Assembly (NCBI GenBank): GCA_963841455.1
Contig: CAWJCU010000002.1
Coordinates: 121,770-185,769, forward strand
Origin: an uncultured Actinomycetes bacterium
Lineage (GTDB): Bacteria; Actinomycetota; Thermoleophilia; Solirubrobacterales; 70-9
Length of the DNA stretch: 64,000 nt
Reading direction: 5' to 3'
Position 1 is the stretch's first letter, and every line of letters begins with the position of its first letter. Below the pieces are notes generated by a model. That model was not told the DNA's origin. It did no database searches and worked only from the letters and a program-made list of their open reading frames with translations. Of this stretch, positions 51,822 through 61,558 are shown piece after piece. Position numbers and translations under genes: made by a program.

Positions 51822-52833
51822 TCATCTTCCCGTCGCGGCCAGGACGGCGTCGACCAGGAGCTGCGGGTCGCGAGGCTCGCGGACCCCGATCGGCTCGCTT
51901 CGCTTGCGGAGCTCGAGAGCCTTGGGATCGGAGAGGACGCGCATGCGCCCGGCGGAGATCAGGGCCTCGTCGACGGCCCCCATCCTGCCGCTGAAGAGCG
52001 TCCACACAGGGGTTCCCAACGCCACGGCCTCGCGGTTCATCGTCCCGCCCGCACCAACGACGACATCGGCCTGCGCGACGAGGCTCTGGCCGTCGATCGC
52101 CCGCTCGGGAATGATCAGGTTCTCCGCGCCCCGCCGGGAGAGCGCGGCGCGCTGCGAGTCGGTGCGCGGGATCACCACCGCCTGAGCCCCGTCGTCCTCC
52201 GCGAGACGGTCGATCATGCCCTCGTAGACGGGGTTCTCGGCGTGGTAGGCGGAGCTCTCGGGGGGCGGGCGGACCACGGCGATCACGCGCTCGCGCGCAA
52301 GCCCGAGGTCGTCGATGACGCCCCGGTCCGGCTCCAAGCCGTAGAGGTAGTAGTCCTCCTTGAGGCCGGGATAGCGGAAGAGCTTGCGCGGCGCGGCGCC
52401 CGCGCGCCTCATCGCCTCCGGAGAGATGGCGTCGGGCGCAAGGACGCGGCGAGCGGCGCGAAAGGCGAGCTGGCGCTGAACACCGGCGAACTCGTAATCC
52501 TGCATCTGCACGAGCGGGATTCGGAGCACCGCGGAGACGACGGCGATGTCGACCGATCCGTGGGCGAGAGCGAGGTCGAAACGCTTGGGCCGCGCCCAGC
52601 GGCCTAGGGCGAGGGAGCGGCTGCCGACTGCCGCCGCCTTGGCGCCGCCCCCCGCGCCCGCGTGGCGGCCGATCACCTCATGGTCGATGCCGAGCCGTTC
52701 GAGGATTCCGACCGTCTGCCCGTACTCGCGCGCGGTGACCGAGACCTCGTGGCCTCGCCGCCCGAAGGCGATCGATGATCGGGCGAAGGACGAGCGGATG
52801 GGCGGCAGCCGTGCAGTCGACCCAGACGCGCAT
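51822..52833 (-). CDS. DUF354 family protein (epimerase/glycosyltransferase-like); one apparent frameshift
   Basis: The body is ORF 51822..52676. The ATG at 52833 encodes MRVWVDCTAAAHPLVLRPIIDRLR in the adjacent frame. The body frame reads GHEVSVTAREYGQTVGILERLGIDHEVIGRH just upstream of its GTG. Confidence 0.7.
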
Positions 52834-52895
52834 CACTTGCGGGCGCCTTCGGCGCCCTTACCTGCTGCTTTCCGGGCAAAGCCCCTCACCGACAT
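52833..52895 (-). repeat. two-hairpin intergenic element, copy C (PLP enzyme|DUF354 spacer)
   Basis: RNA sense: AUGUCGGUGAGGGGCUUUGCCCGGAAAGCAGCAGGUAAGGGCGCCGAAGGCGCCCGCAAGUGA. The terminal UGA overlaps the AUG of DUF354. Confidence 0.8.
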
Positions 52896-52906
52896 ACGCG
52901 CCCAGC

Positions 52907-53888
52907 CTAGGTGGCGGGTCGGTAGGTATGCCAGTACAGCACCGGGCCGTCGCCGAACCGGCCCTCGCGGTTAAGCGCGAGGAGGCCCGCAACAGCCTTC
53001 GCGGTGTATACGGGCTCGAGCTCGACGCCCTCGCGGTCGCGCAGAAGCTCGAGGGCGGCGGCGCCCTCCGATGTGGGGTGGCCGTAGCCCGGGCCGAGCC
53101 AGGCGGTCTCCACGGTGACATCGGCGGGCAGCGGGGCTTCGGCGGGCACGCCGTGCCGAGAGAGGAGGCGCGCCGTGCGCGCCGCGAGGCGCGCCACCCG
53201 GCGTGCGTCGAGCTTGATCAGGTCGTTCACGAGGACGCATACCAGGTGCGTGCGAAGGCCCGCGAGCTCGAGCCCGGCGGCGAGGCCGGCCGCCGTGCCT
53301 CCGCTTCCCAGCGCGACGACCGCGTGCGAGGGCTCGGGGATCTCGCCGCCTCGCACCTGCTCGGCGAGCTCGCAGGCCGCGTCCACGTAGCCCGACGCAG
53401 CCGCGCGGCACCGAGCCACCCGGCGGGATCGCATAGGGGCGGTCGACCGGCTGCGGCCTCGCGGGCGACGAGTAGCGCCGCCGAGCGCCACTGCCCGGCG
53501 CACTCCGCCGACGTGGTGCAGCTCCGCCCCGACTCCCGCGGAGCCTCTCGTGCTGCGCGCGCACGTGCTCGTCGATCGGCTGCGGCACGAGGACGAGGAT
53601 CGGCCGGATGCCGAGGCGCCGCGCCGCCCGCGCCGTGGTGAGGCCGTGGTTCGTCCCGAGGGCGCCGCCGGTGACGACGCTCCGGCTTCGCCGCCGGCGA
53701 GCCTCGCCGAGAAGCCACTCGAGCTTTCTGGCCTTGTTGCCGCCGAGCTCGCTGTAGGCGCCGTCGTCCTTGATCCAGACGGGCGCGCGGCCGCCCTCCG
53801 CGCCGAGCCTCTCGAGCTCGCGCACGGGCGTCGGCCCGCCGCCGAGCTCGACCCGGGGAAGCTCAAGGGCGGACAGGGGCCCGCTCAA
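52907..53888 (-). pseudogene. PLP-dependent ACC deaminase/D-cysteine desulfhydrase family protein, several frameshifts
   Basis: Successive frames read [22 protein letters not shown]...[23 protein letters not shown]...[12 protein letters not shown], then GAELHHVGG, then [14 protein letters not shown], then [12 protein letters not shown]...[11 protein letters not shown]...[10 protein letters not shown]...YWHTYRPAT and the stop. Confidence 0.65.
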
Positions 53889-54647
53889 GCGCAGGTTGGC
53901 CGCTTCGACGGAGCTGACCGCCTTCGCCGAGCCGGGGCCGACGTGGAAGGCGAGCGGGTTGGGGCTCGACGGAACGTCGAGCGGCTTCCCGTTCGCGGTG
54001 ATCTCCGCCTCGCCGTTGCCGAGGCCGAGCTGGAAGCCCGCCGCCTTGAACGGTCCCTGGTCGTCGCCCGCCGCGAGGATCTGGCCGTTCACGAGGCGCT
54101 TGCCGGAGAGGTCGACGAGGCAGACCCAGACCGTTCCGGTCGGGCTGATCTCGATCGAGGCCTTCGTCGGCTCGGGGGGCGGCTTCGGTGGGTGGAGTGG
54201 CTGTGCTGATGGCGCCTGCGCGTGCTGCGCGCGGCTGCCCTGCGTGCCGGCCGTCTCCTTGCCGCCGGAGCCGCCGATCTGCCCGATGACGAAGAGCACG
54301 GCGAGGACGGCCACGACCGCGCCGGCGGCGACGAGCACTCCCCGCGAGGGGAAACCCGCCCCGCCGGGCACGGCGGGCGACGGGTCGGCGCTCCTCGGCG
54401 GGCGTGGCGTCGCTCGTCGCCCACCGTCCGTCGGAACTCCTCGACGAGGGCGTCGGCGTCGAGGCCGAGGTAGGAGGCGTAGGTCCGGAGGAACCCGCGC
54501 GCGTACGCCGGCGCCGGGAGGGCGCTCCAGTCCTCGGCCTCCAGCGCCCGCAGGTACCGGACGCGGATCTTGGTCGCGTCGGAGACCTCGTCGAGAGCCG
54601 AGGCCGCGCTCCGTGCGCGCTCGGCGAAGGCTTTCGCCGATCGGCAT
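53889..54647 (-). pseudogene. RodZ-like HTH / DUF4115 membrane protein, frameshifted; 3' end undefined
   Basis: Starts ATG 54647 [17 protein letters not shown]. It shifts to [56 protein letters not shown]. It returns for the TM segment [19 protein letters not shown] and the C-terminal [26 protein letters not shown]...[10 protein letters not shown]. There is no in-frame stop before the next gene. Confidence 0.6.
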
Positions 54648-54703
54648 AGCGTGGATTCTCGCCCCTAAAGGGGCGAGGCGCCGGGCGGAAGGGACCGCGC
54701 AGC

Positions 54704-55976
54704 CTAGGCGTGGGCGGGCGAGAGCTGCTCGTAGAGCGGGTATCGCTCCATCAGCGCGCGCGGTGCGCTCGCGCAGCGAGTCGCGCTCGTCCTCGAAGCG
54801 GTCCGACAGCGCGACGCAGACCACGTCGGCGATCTCGCGGAGGTCGTCCTCGACCAGGCCGCGAGTGGTCAGCGCCGGCGTCCCGATCCGCAGGCCGGAA
54901 GGGTTCATCGGCGGGCGCTCGTCGAACGGGATCGCGTTGCGGTTGACGGTGATCCCGACCTCCTCGAGGCGGCTCTCCGCGGTCTTGCCGTCGAGGCCGG
55001 TCGAGCCGAGGTCGACGAGCACGAGGTGGACGTCGGTGCCGCCGGTCAGCACGTCGACCCCGCCGGCGATCGAGCCCCTCGGCGAAGGCCTTCGCGTTGG
55101 CGATCGTCTGGCGCTGGCGGGCGCGGAACTCCTCCGTCTGAGCGAGGCCGAGCGCCACCGCCTTGGCGGCGATCACGTGCATGAGGGGGCCGCCCTGCTG
55201 CCCGGGGAACACGGAGCGGTCGATGTCCTTCTGGAGCTCCTCGGTGCACAGGATCATCCCGCTGCGCGGCCCGCAGAGGGTCTTGTGGATCGTCGTCGTG
55301 ACCACGTCGGCGTGCGGGCACCGGGCTCGGATGCTCGCCCGCGGCGACGAGGCCGGCGAAGTGAGCCATGTCGACCATGAGGCTGCGCGCCGACGGAGTC
55401 GGCGATCTCGCGGAAGGCCGCGAAGTCGAGATGGCGCGAGTATGCCGACCAACCGGCGACGATCACCTTCGGCCGGTGCTCGTGCGCGAGCCGCTCGACC
55501 TCCTCCATGTCGCAGCGGAGGTCCTCGCGGCGGACGTGGTAGGCGACCACGTCGTAGAGGCGGCCCGAGACGTTCAGCTTCATCCCGTGCGTGAGGTGGC
55601 CGCCGTGGTCGAGCGCCATCCCCATGATCGTGTCGCCGGGCTCGAGCATCGCCATGTAGGCGGCGTTGTTGGCCTGCGCGCCCGCGTGCGGCTGGACGTT
55701 CGCGTGCTCGGCGCCGAAGAGCTCCTTCGCGCGGTCGATCGCGAGCTGCTCGGCGACGTCGACCTCCTCGCAGCCGCCGTAGTAGCGGCGGCCCGGATAC
55801 CCCTCGGCGTACTTGTTGGTGAGGACCGAGCCAGTCGCCTCGAGCACCGCGGCGGGGACGAAGTTCTCCGAGGCGATCATCTCGAGCGTCGACTGCTGGC
55901 GGTGGAGCTCGCGCTGGAGCACCTCCGCGATCTGCGGATCGACGTCGGCGAGGGGGGCTGAGTGGAGGTCGGTCAC
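54704..55976 (-). pseudogene. glyA: serine hydroxymethyltransferase, at least four apparent +1 frameshifts
   Basis: Begins at GTG 55976 ([39 protein letters not shown]...). It continues as [22 protein letters not shown], then [19 protein letters not shown]...AKAFAEGL, then [14 protein letters not shown]...[15 protein letters not shown], then [16 protein letters not shown] and the stop. These pieces lie in five successive frames spread over ORFs 55254..57101, 55046..55378, 54751..56082 and 52971..55052. Confidence 0.85.
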
Positions 55977-56018
55977 CGCACTGCAGCTTATGACACGCGT
56001 CGGCGCCCGGCGACTTAT

Positions 56019-56032
56019 TGAACGATCGTTCA
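56019..56032. promoter_or_regulatory. perfect 14-bp palindrome TGAACGATCGTTCA (GAAC-N4-GTTC) in the glyA / R2-like-TetR divergent region
   Basis: Read directly from the sequence. It lies in the only AT-richer patch between GTG 55976 (glyA) and ATG 56085 (R2-like). Confidence 0.5.
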
Positions 56033-56084
56033 GTAATTGTGTTACGGTGCCGCCGAAGCGCACCCCGCCACGAGAGGAGCACAC

Positions 56085-57050
56085 ATGAGCATCAGCGAAG
56101 TCGAGCCCGAGCTGAAGACCGAGGACGAGGCCCTGTCGGTCCTCATGGACGGCGACATCGACAAGGTGATGTCGGGTCTCGACCGGATCGTCGAGGCCGC
56201 CCCCTCCTACGAGAAGCTCTTCATGCGCTGGCAGCGCCAGCACTGGTCGACGGAGGACTTCGACTTCACCGAGGACGCTCGGCAGTGGGCGGACCCGGAC
56301 ATGTTCACCGAGGACGAGCGCAGGTTCATCCAGTTCGGCTTCTCCGAGTTCTTCCTCGGCGAGGAGCGCGTCACCGTCGAGCTGCTGCCGTTCGCGCTCG
56401 CCGCGCCGACCCACGAGGCCCAGATCTTCCTCACTACCCAGATCTCCGACGAGGCGAAGCACGTCGTCTTCTGGGATCGCTTCTACCGCGAGGTGCTGAA
56501 GACCGACGCAGATGGCATCGGCGACATGCTCGACAAGCAGCGCTCGGTCATCAACGACGACTGGAAGAAGCTCTTCGACGACATGCTCCACGAGGCCGCC
56601 GAGGACCTGCGAAAGGACCCGAGCGACTTCCCCGCCCTCGTCCGGGGCGTGACGCTCTACATGGTCGTGATCGAGGGGATGCTCGCCCTGACGGCAGCTC
56701 GGTTCATGATCAAGTCGATGCGCGAGCGCAACTGGTTCCCCGGCTTCGTCGCCGGGTTCACGGCGGTCAACCGCGACGAGTCGCGACACGTGGGCTTCGG
56801 GGTCAAGTTCCTCGCCGACGCGATCAAGGACGACTCCGCCAACGCGCGGATCGTCGAGGCGACGCTCAAGGAGGCGCTGCCGGTGGCACCGCTGGTCTTC
56901 GTCCCGCCGTGGGTCGACGACCCGTACGACTTCGACACGCCCTTCTACCACTCGTCCGAGGTGTTCGCGTACGCCGCGAAGTCGCTGTCGAAGAAGCTCG
57001 CGGCGATGGGCCTCGACCCGGCGATGCTGGCCGAGGGCGCCCCAGCTTGA
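56085..57050 (+). CDS. ribonucleotide reductase R2-like ferritin-fold di-metal carboxylate protein
   Basis: Two EXXH motifs (DEAKH, DESRH) plus a glutamate in VIEGM. ATG 56085 is preceded by GAGAGGAG. No nrdA/nrdE partner is present in the window. Confidence 0.75.
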   Translation: MSISEVEPELKTEDEALSVLMDGDIDKVMSGLDRIVEAAPSYEKLFMRWQRQHWSTEDFDFTEDARQWADPDMFTEDERRFIQFGFSEFFLGEERVTVELLPFALAAPTHEAQIFLTTQISDEAKHVVFWDRFYREVLKTDADGIGDMLDKQRSVINDDWKKLFDDMLHEAAEDLRKDPSDFPALVRGVTLYMVVIEGMLALTAARFMIKSMRERNWFPGFVAGFTAVNRDESRHVGFGVKFLADAIKDDSANARIVEATLKEALPVAPLVFVPPWVDDPYDFDTPFYHSSEVFAYAAKSLSKKLAAMGLDPAMLAEGAPA

Positions 57051-57664
57051 GCGTCGATAGACCGCCGAGCCGGGGCGCGCGCGCCCCGGCCGGCCGTCCA
57101 CGGGCGCTCGCGAGCGGATCCTCGCGGCCGGCTACGAGACCCTGCTTGCCGACGGCTACGCGGGCCTCACGATGGCGAAGGTCGCGCTGCGCGCGGGCGA
57201 GAGCAAGGCGCTGATCTCCTACCACTTCGGCTCCAAGCAGGGCTTGGTCGCGGCCGCCGCCCGGCAGGTGGGCGACGAGATCACGGCCGAGGTGCTCGCC
57301 GGGATCGGCGTGCCGCCGAGCGTCGAGGCGATCGTCGAGGGCGCGGCCGCCGGCGTGCGGCGGATCCTCGACCGCGACGAGCGCATCGCCCGCGCCTACT
57401 TCGACCTCAACGCCGTCTCGGTCGTGGAGGAGGACGTGCGCGCGATCCTGCGCGAGGTGAAGGACCGCTGGCGCGAGGTCATCGGCGAGCTCCTGCGCTC
57501 GGCGGGTGTCGAGCGCCGTCGCATCGGCACCGCGGTGATGCTGATCATGGCCGGCCTCGAGGGACTCACCCTCGAGCGGATCGAGCGCGGCGAGACGGCG
57601 GAGCTGGCAAAGGCGCGAAAGCTGTTCGTCGACTCGGTCGCCGAACGCGCGGTCTGCGGCCTAG
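57047..57664 (+). pseudogene. TetR-family transcriptional regulator, frame disrupted at both ends
   Basis: The HTH core [46 protein letters not shown] has no start codon in its own frame. The TTG at 57047 (TTGA overlap with the R2-like stop) encodes [13 protein letters not shown] in the adjacent frame. The core frame then lacks a stop until 58308, whereas the adjacent frame stops at 57662-57664. Confidence 0.6.
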
Positions 57665-58110
57665 GGAAGCTCGCCGGCCTCGATCTCCTCGAGCTGCTTC
57701 ACGCGGCGCTCGTGTCGGCCGCCCTCGAACTCGGTCGCGAACCAGACTTTCACGATCTCCTCGGCGAGGCCCGTGCCGACGACCCGCGCGCCCATCGAGA
57801 GGACGTTCGCGTCGTTGTGCAGCCGCGCGAAGCGAGCCGTGTAGAGGTCGTTGCAAAGCGAGGCACGGGCGCCGCGCACCTTGTTCGCGGCGAGCTGCTC
57901 GCCCTGTCCGGAGCCCCCGATCACGATGCCGCGCTCGGCGTTTCCGGCGACGACCTCGCGGGCGACGCCCGAGCAGATCGGCGGGTAGTCGACGGGCTCG
58001 GTGGAATCGGTGCCGAGGTCGATGATCTCGTGGCCGTCCGCCTCGAGCAGGCCCTTGACGTGCTCCTTGAGCTCGAACCCCGCGTGGTCGGCGCCGATCG
58101 CGATCCTCAT
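57661..58110 (-). CDS. rpiB: ribose-5-phosphate isomerase B
   Basis: MRIAIGADHAGFELKEH...GIVIGGSGQGEQLAANK; 149 aa, intact. Confidence 0.92.
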   Translation of the reverse strand: MRIAIGADHAGFELKEHVKGLLEADGHEIIDLGTDSTEPVDYPPICSGVAREVVAGNAERGIVIGGSGQGEQLAANKVRGARASLCNDLYTARFARLHNDANVLSMGARVVGTGLAEEIVKVWFATEFEGGRHERRVKQLEEIEAGELP

Positions 58111-58128
58111 GGCGAGGGCGACGATAAA

Positions 58129-58193
58129 CCATTGAGGGCGCCACAGGCGTCCTTACACGCTACTTTCGGTGCTAAAGCCCCTCACCGGAATAC
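58129..58193 (-). repeat. two-hairpin intergenic element, copy D (tsaC|rpiB spacer)
   Basis: RNA sense: GUAUUCCGGUGAGGGGCUUUAGCACCGAAAGUAGCGUGUAAGGACGCCUGUGGCGCCCUCAAUGG. Each stem has one mismatch. Confidence 0.75.
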
Positions 58194-58823
58194 CCGCCAA
58201 CCGTTCCGCGACCTCTTGATCGGCGAGGGCACCCTCTCGAAGGATCGCCCAGCCCCCGCCGGCGTCGAGATCCGTGAGGTCGATGACGGTGGACGGCAAG
58301 CCCGGTGAGCTCGCCGCCGTCGATGGCCAGGTCCACCCCGGCGGCGATCGCGGGATCGACGTCGGCGAAGCTCGCCGGCGCTTCGTCCCCGCTCCGGTTG
58401 GCGCTCGTCTGGAAGATCGGGGTGCCGGCGCCGGCCAGCGGCCCCTCGATGAGGCGGATCCCAAGCCGCTCGGGTGTCGCCCGGCACGCGAGTGGATAGT
58501 GATGCGCCGGATTGTCGACGACGAGGGTGACCGGGCCGGGCATGAGCGCCGCGACGGCCCGCCGTGTCGCCGGGCCCATGTCCGCGAGGAGCTCGCGCAT
58601 CATCAGCGGGTCGAAGTACATGACCGCCGAGGGCTTGCCGTCGTCGCGTCCCTTGATCTCGTGGATGCGCTCGATCGCCCCGCCGTTCAGCGGGTCGCAG
58701 GCGAGCCCGTAGAGACCGTCGGCCGGAAAGAGCGCGACGCCGCCGTTCGTCACGCACCGCTCGAGGGCCCGGCGGGCGGCCGCCGCGCCGTCGCGCTCGA
58801 TCGCGACGAGCTCCCGGCGCCAT
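58153..58823 (-). pseudogene. tsaC: L-threonylcarbamoyladenylate synthase (TsaC/YrdC/Sua5 family), two apparent +1 frameshifts
   Basis: Starts at ATG 58823 (MAP). It shifts to ELVAIERDGAAAARRALERCVTNGGVALFPADGLYGLACDP...IFQTSANRSGDE...IDGGELTGL, then to PSTVIDLTDLDAGGGWAILREGA...; the stop is the UAA inside repeat copy D. Confidence 0.75.
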
Positions 58824-59677
58824 CAGCGACGTCCGAGGACGACGCGCTCGATTCCGGCGAGGTCACGGCGGCGCTCGGCGCGGGTGAAGCCGGCCTCGCA
58901 CATGAGGCCCTCCACCTCGTCCGCTTGGCCCAGGCCGACCTCCAGAGCGATCGAATCGCAATTCAGCGAGGAAGCACAGGAGGTCGCGGATGGGTCCGAG
59001 GCCGTCGGGGCCTCCGAGAAGAGCCTCTTTCGGCTCGAAGTCGCGGATCTCCGGTTGGAGCGTTGCCCAGTCGCCATCAGGGACGTAGGGCAGATTGGCC
59101 ACGACGAGGTCAGAGAACTCGGCCGTTTGGCGCTTTTCGGGTGCTATGGACCCAAAAGGCGCCAATGCGAAGGAAGCTCGATCGGCGAGACCCAGACGTT
59201 CCGCGTTGCCGCGCGCCACATCGAGCGCGCCCGGCGCTCGTGTCCGTCCCCCTGACTTCGACGTGCGGCAACTCATCGGCCACCGCCAGCGCAACGGCCC
59301 CGCTGCCGGTACCTACGTCGACGACCGGAAGCAGGCCCGAGCTCCAACGCCACCTCGACCAGCAACTCCGTCTCGGGCCGCGGAATGAGCACCCGTCGAT
59401 CAACCTCCAGCTCGATCCGCCGGAACCACTTGCGCCCGGCGATGTACGCGACCGGCTCGCGCCGGAGGCGCCGCCGCACCATCGCCCCAAAGCGCCGTGC
59501 GGCTTCGGGGCCCACCCCCTCCTCGCTGCCCGCGCGAAGCGCGGCGGCATCGGCCGCCATCGCCTCCGCCAGCAGCACCTCGGCATCGAGCCGCGGCGTA
59601 CCGACGCCGGCGGCGGCAAGGGCGTCCGCTGCGGCGCCGAGCGCCTCCCCGACCTTTCCCGCGGCGACCGGGCTCAC
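58823..59677 (-). pseudogene. prmC: peptide chain release factor N5-glutamine methyltransferase, three apparent +1 frameshifts
   Basis: Begins at GTG 59677 (...EPVAYIAGRKWFRRIELEVDRRVLIPRPETELLVE). It continues VVDVGTGSGAVALAVADELP, then LVVANLPYVP (NPPY-type motif)...EPKEALLGGPDGL, then the C-terminus ...LAGIERVVLGRR. Total length is 855 nt, a multiple of 3. Confidence 0.8.
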
Positions 59678-59684
59678 GCCGAGC

Positions 59685-60755
59685 TCACGACACGCCGGTC
59701 TGCGCTTCGAGCCGTGCGCGCTTCTCCTCCGCGGCGAGCGCCTCGGTGAACTCGTCGAGGCGGCCGCCGAGGACGCCCTCCAGGTCGTGCGAGGTGACCT
59801 TGACGCGATGATCGGTCACGCGGCCCTGGGGGTAGTTGTAGGTGCGGATCTTCTCCGAGCGCTCGCCGGTGCCCACCTGCGCGCGCCGATCGGCGGCGAT
59901 CTCCGCCCGCCGCCGGGCGAGCTCCTGCTCGTACAGCCGGGCCCGCAACACGCGCATCGCCTTTTCGCGGTTCTGAAGCTGTGACTTCTCGTCCTGCATC
60001 GACACGACGATTCCGCTCGGCTTGTGGGTGATGCGGACGGCGGAGTCGGTGGTGTTCACCGACTGCCCCCCGGGCCCCGAGGAGCGGTAGACGTCGATCT
60101 GGAGGTCGTTCGGCTCGATCTCGAGCTCCACCTCCTCCGCCTCCGGCAGGACCGCGACCGTCGCGGTGGAGGTGTGGATCCGGCCCTGCGACTCGGTCTT
60201 CGGCACCCGCTGGACGCGGTGCGTCCCGCCCTCGTACTTGAAGACCGAGTAGGCGCCGTCGCCCTTGATCTCGAAGGTCACCTCCTTGAACCCGCCGACC
60301 TCGGCCGGCGAGGCGGAGAGATGCTCGACCTGGAAGCCGCGCCCCTCGGCGTAGCGCGCGAGCATTTTCTCGAGGTCGCCTGCGAAGAGCGCTGCCTCGT
60401 CTCCCCCAGTGCCCGCGCGAATCTCGACGATGACGTTCTTCGAGTCGTTGGGGTCGCGTTCCACCATGGCCAGGCGGATCCGCTCCGCAAGCTCCTCGAG
60501 CCGGGCGGGGCCGTCGGCGACCAGCGCCCTCAGCTCGGGGTCGTCGCCGTCCTCGTCGAGCATCTCCCTCGCCCCGTCGAGATCGTCGCGCAGACGGGCG
60601 TACTCGACGGCCAGACCATGCGCCGGCTCGAGCTCGCGGTAGGCGCGGGCCACCTCCGCGTAGCGCTCACGATCGCCGATCACCGTCGGGTCGGCCATGT
60701 CGCGCTCGAGCTCGGAGTAGCGGCTGGAAATCTGCTCGACGAGGTTGTCGATCAT
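59685..60755 (-). CDS. prfA: peptide chain release factor 1
   Basis: GGQ motif (SSGPGGQSVNTT), PxT-type region, 356 aa from the internal ATG at 60755. Confidence 0.97.
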   Translation of the reverse strand: MIDNLVEQISSRYSELERDMADPTVIGDRERYAEVARAYRELEPAHGLAVEYARLRDDLDGAREMLDEDGDDPELRALVADGPARLEELAERIRLAMVERDPNDSKNVIVEIRAGTGGDEAALFAGDLEKMLARYAEGRGFQVEHLSASPAEVGGFKEVTFEIKGDGAYSVFKYEGGTHRVQRVPKTESQGRIHTSTATVAVLPEAEEVELEIEPNDLQIDVYRSSGPGGQSVNTTDSAVRITHKPSGIVVSMQDEKSQLQNREKAMRVLRARLYEQELARRRAEIAADRRAQVGTGERSEKIRTYNYPQGRVTDHRVKVTSHDLEGVLGGRLDEFTEALAAEEKRARLEAQTGVS

Positions 60756-60775
60756 CGATGCGATTATGAGGGGTC

Positions 60776-61558
60776 GTGAGCGCCACGCCGGCCAAGCCGA
60801 CTGCCACTCAGTACGACGACCCCCGCCACAACTACCGTCGCTACTGGGAGGGCCGCGAGTACGAGCACGCGGCCGAGGAGATCGCAATCCGACGTCTGCT
60901 CAAGGGACGCCACTTCGGCCGGGCCGCCGACGTGGGCGGAGGATTCGGGCGCATCAGCCTGCTGCTCTCCGAGTACGCCGACGAGGTGACGCTCGCGGAG
61001 CCCTCCCGCCAGCAGCTCGACCTTGCCGAGGACTTCCTGCAAGGCCACCCCGAGATCGCTCGCCGGCAGATGCAGGCCGATGCCCTCGACTTCCGCGACG
61101 GCTCGCTGGACCTCGTGACGATGGTCCGCGTGATGCACCACCTTCCGGAGCCCCGGGCCGAGCTGCACGAGCTCGCACGAGTCCTCGGGCCAGGGGGGAC
61201 GCTGGTGCTCGAGGTGGCGAACTACGCGCACGCGCGCAACCGGGTGAAGCACGCGCTGAAGCGGCGACCGCTTCCGAGCGAGCCCGTCGACATCCGCTCC
61301 GAGCCGCGCCGCCGTGAGGGGGGCATTCCGTTCGTCAACCACAACCCGCATACGGTGCTCGCGCAGATCGACGAAGCCGGGTTCCGCGTCTCCAGGACGC
61401 TTTCGGTCTCGAACCTGCGCAGCCCGCGGCTCAAGCGGATGCTCCCTGAGGGCCTCATGCTCTCGGCGGAGCGCGTGCTTCAGCCGGCGCTGGCGAGATC
61501 CTGGTTCGGCCCGAGCGCCTTCATCCTGGCCCGCAGGCGCCAAACGCAGGCGCCCTAG
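60776..61558 (+). CDS. class I SAM-dependent methyltransferase
   Basis: ADVGGGFGRISLLL motif I and a GGTLVLEV post-I region. It is the only plus-strand gene inside the rpmE-prfA block. Confidence 0.8.
   Translation: MSATPAKPTATQYDDPRHNYRRYWEGREYEHAAEEIAIRRLLKGRHFGRAADVGGGFGRISLLLSEYADEVTLAEPSRQQLDLAEDFLQGHPEIARRQMQADALDFRDGSLDLVTMVRVMHHLPEPRAELHELARVLGPGGTLVLEVANYAHARNRVKHALKRRPLPSEPVDIRSEPRRREGGIPFVNHNPHTVLAQIDEAGFRVSRTLSVSNLRSPRLKRMLPEGLMLSAERVLQPALARSWFGPSAFILARRRQTQAP

Noticed and set aside
55977-57101. Upstream two-thirds of the 615-aa ORF 55254..57101
   Set aside because: It is antisense to the R2-like gene. Only the part downstream of GTG 55976 is SHMT.
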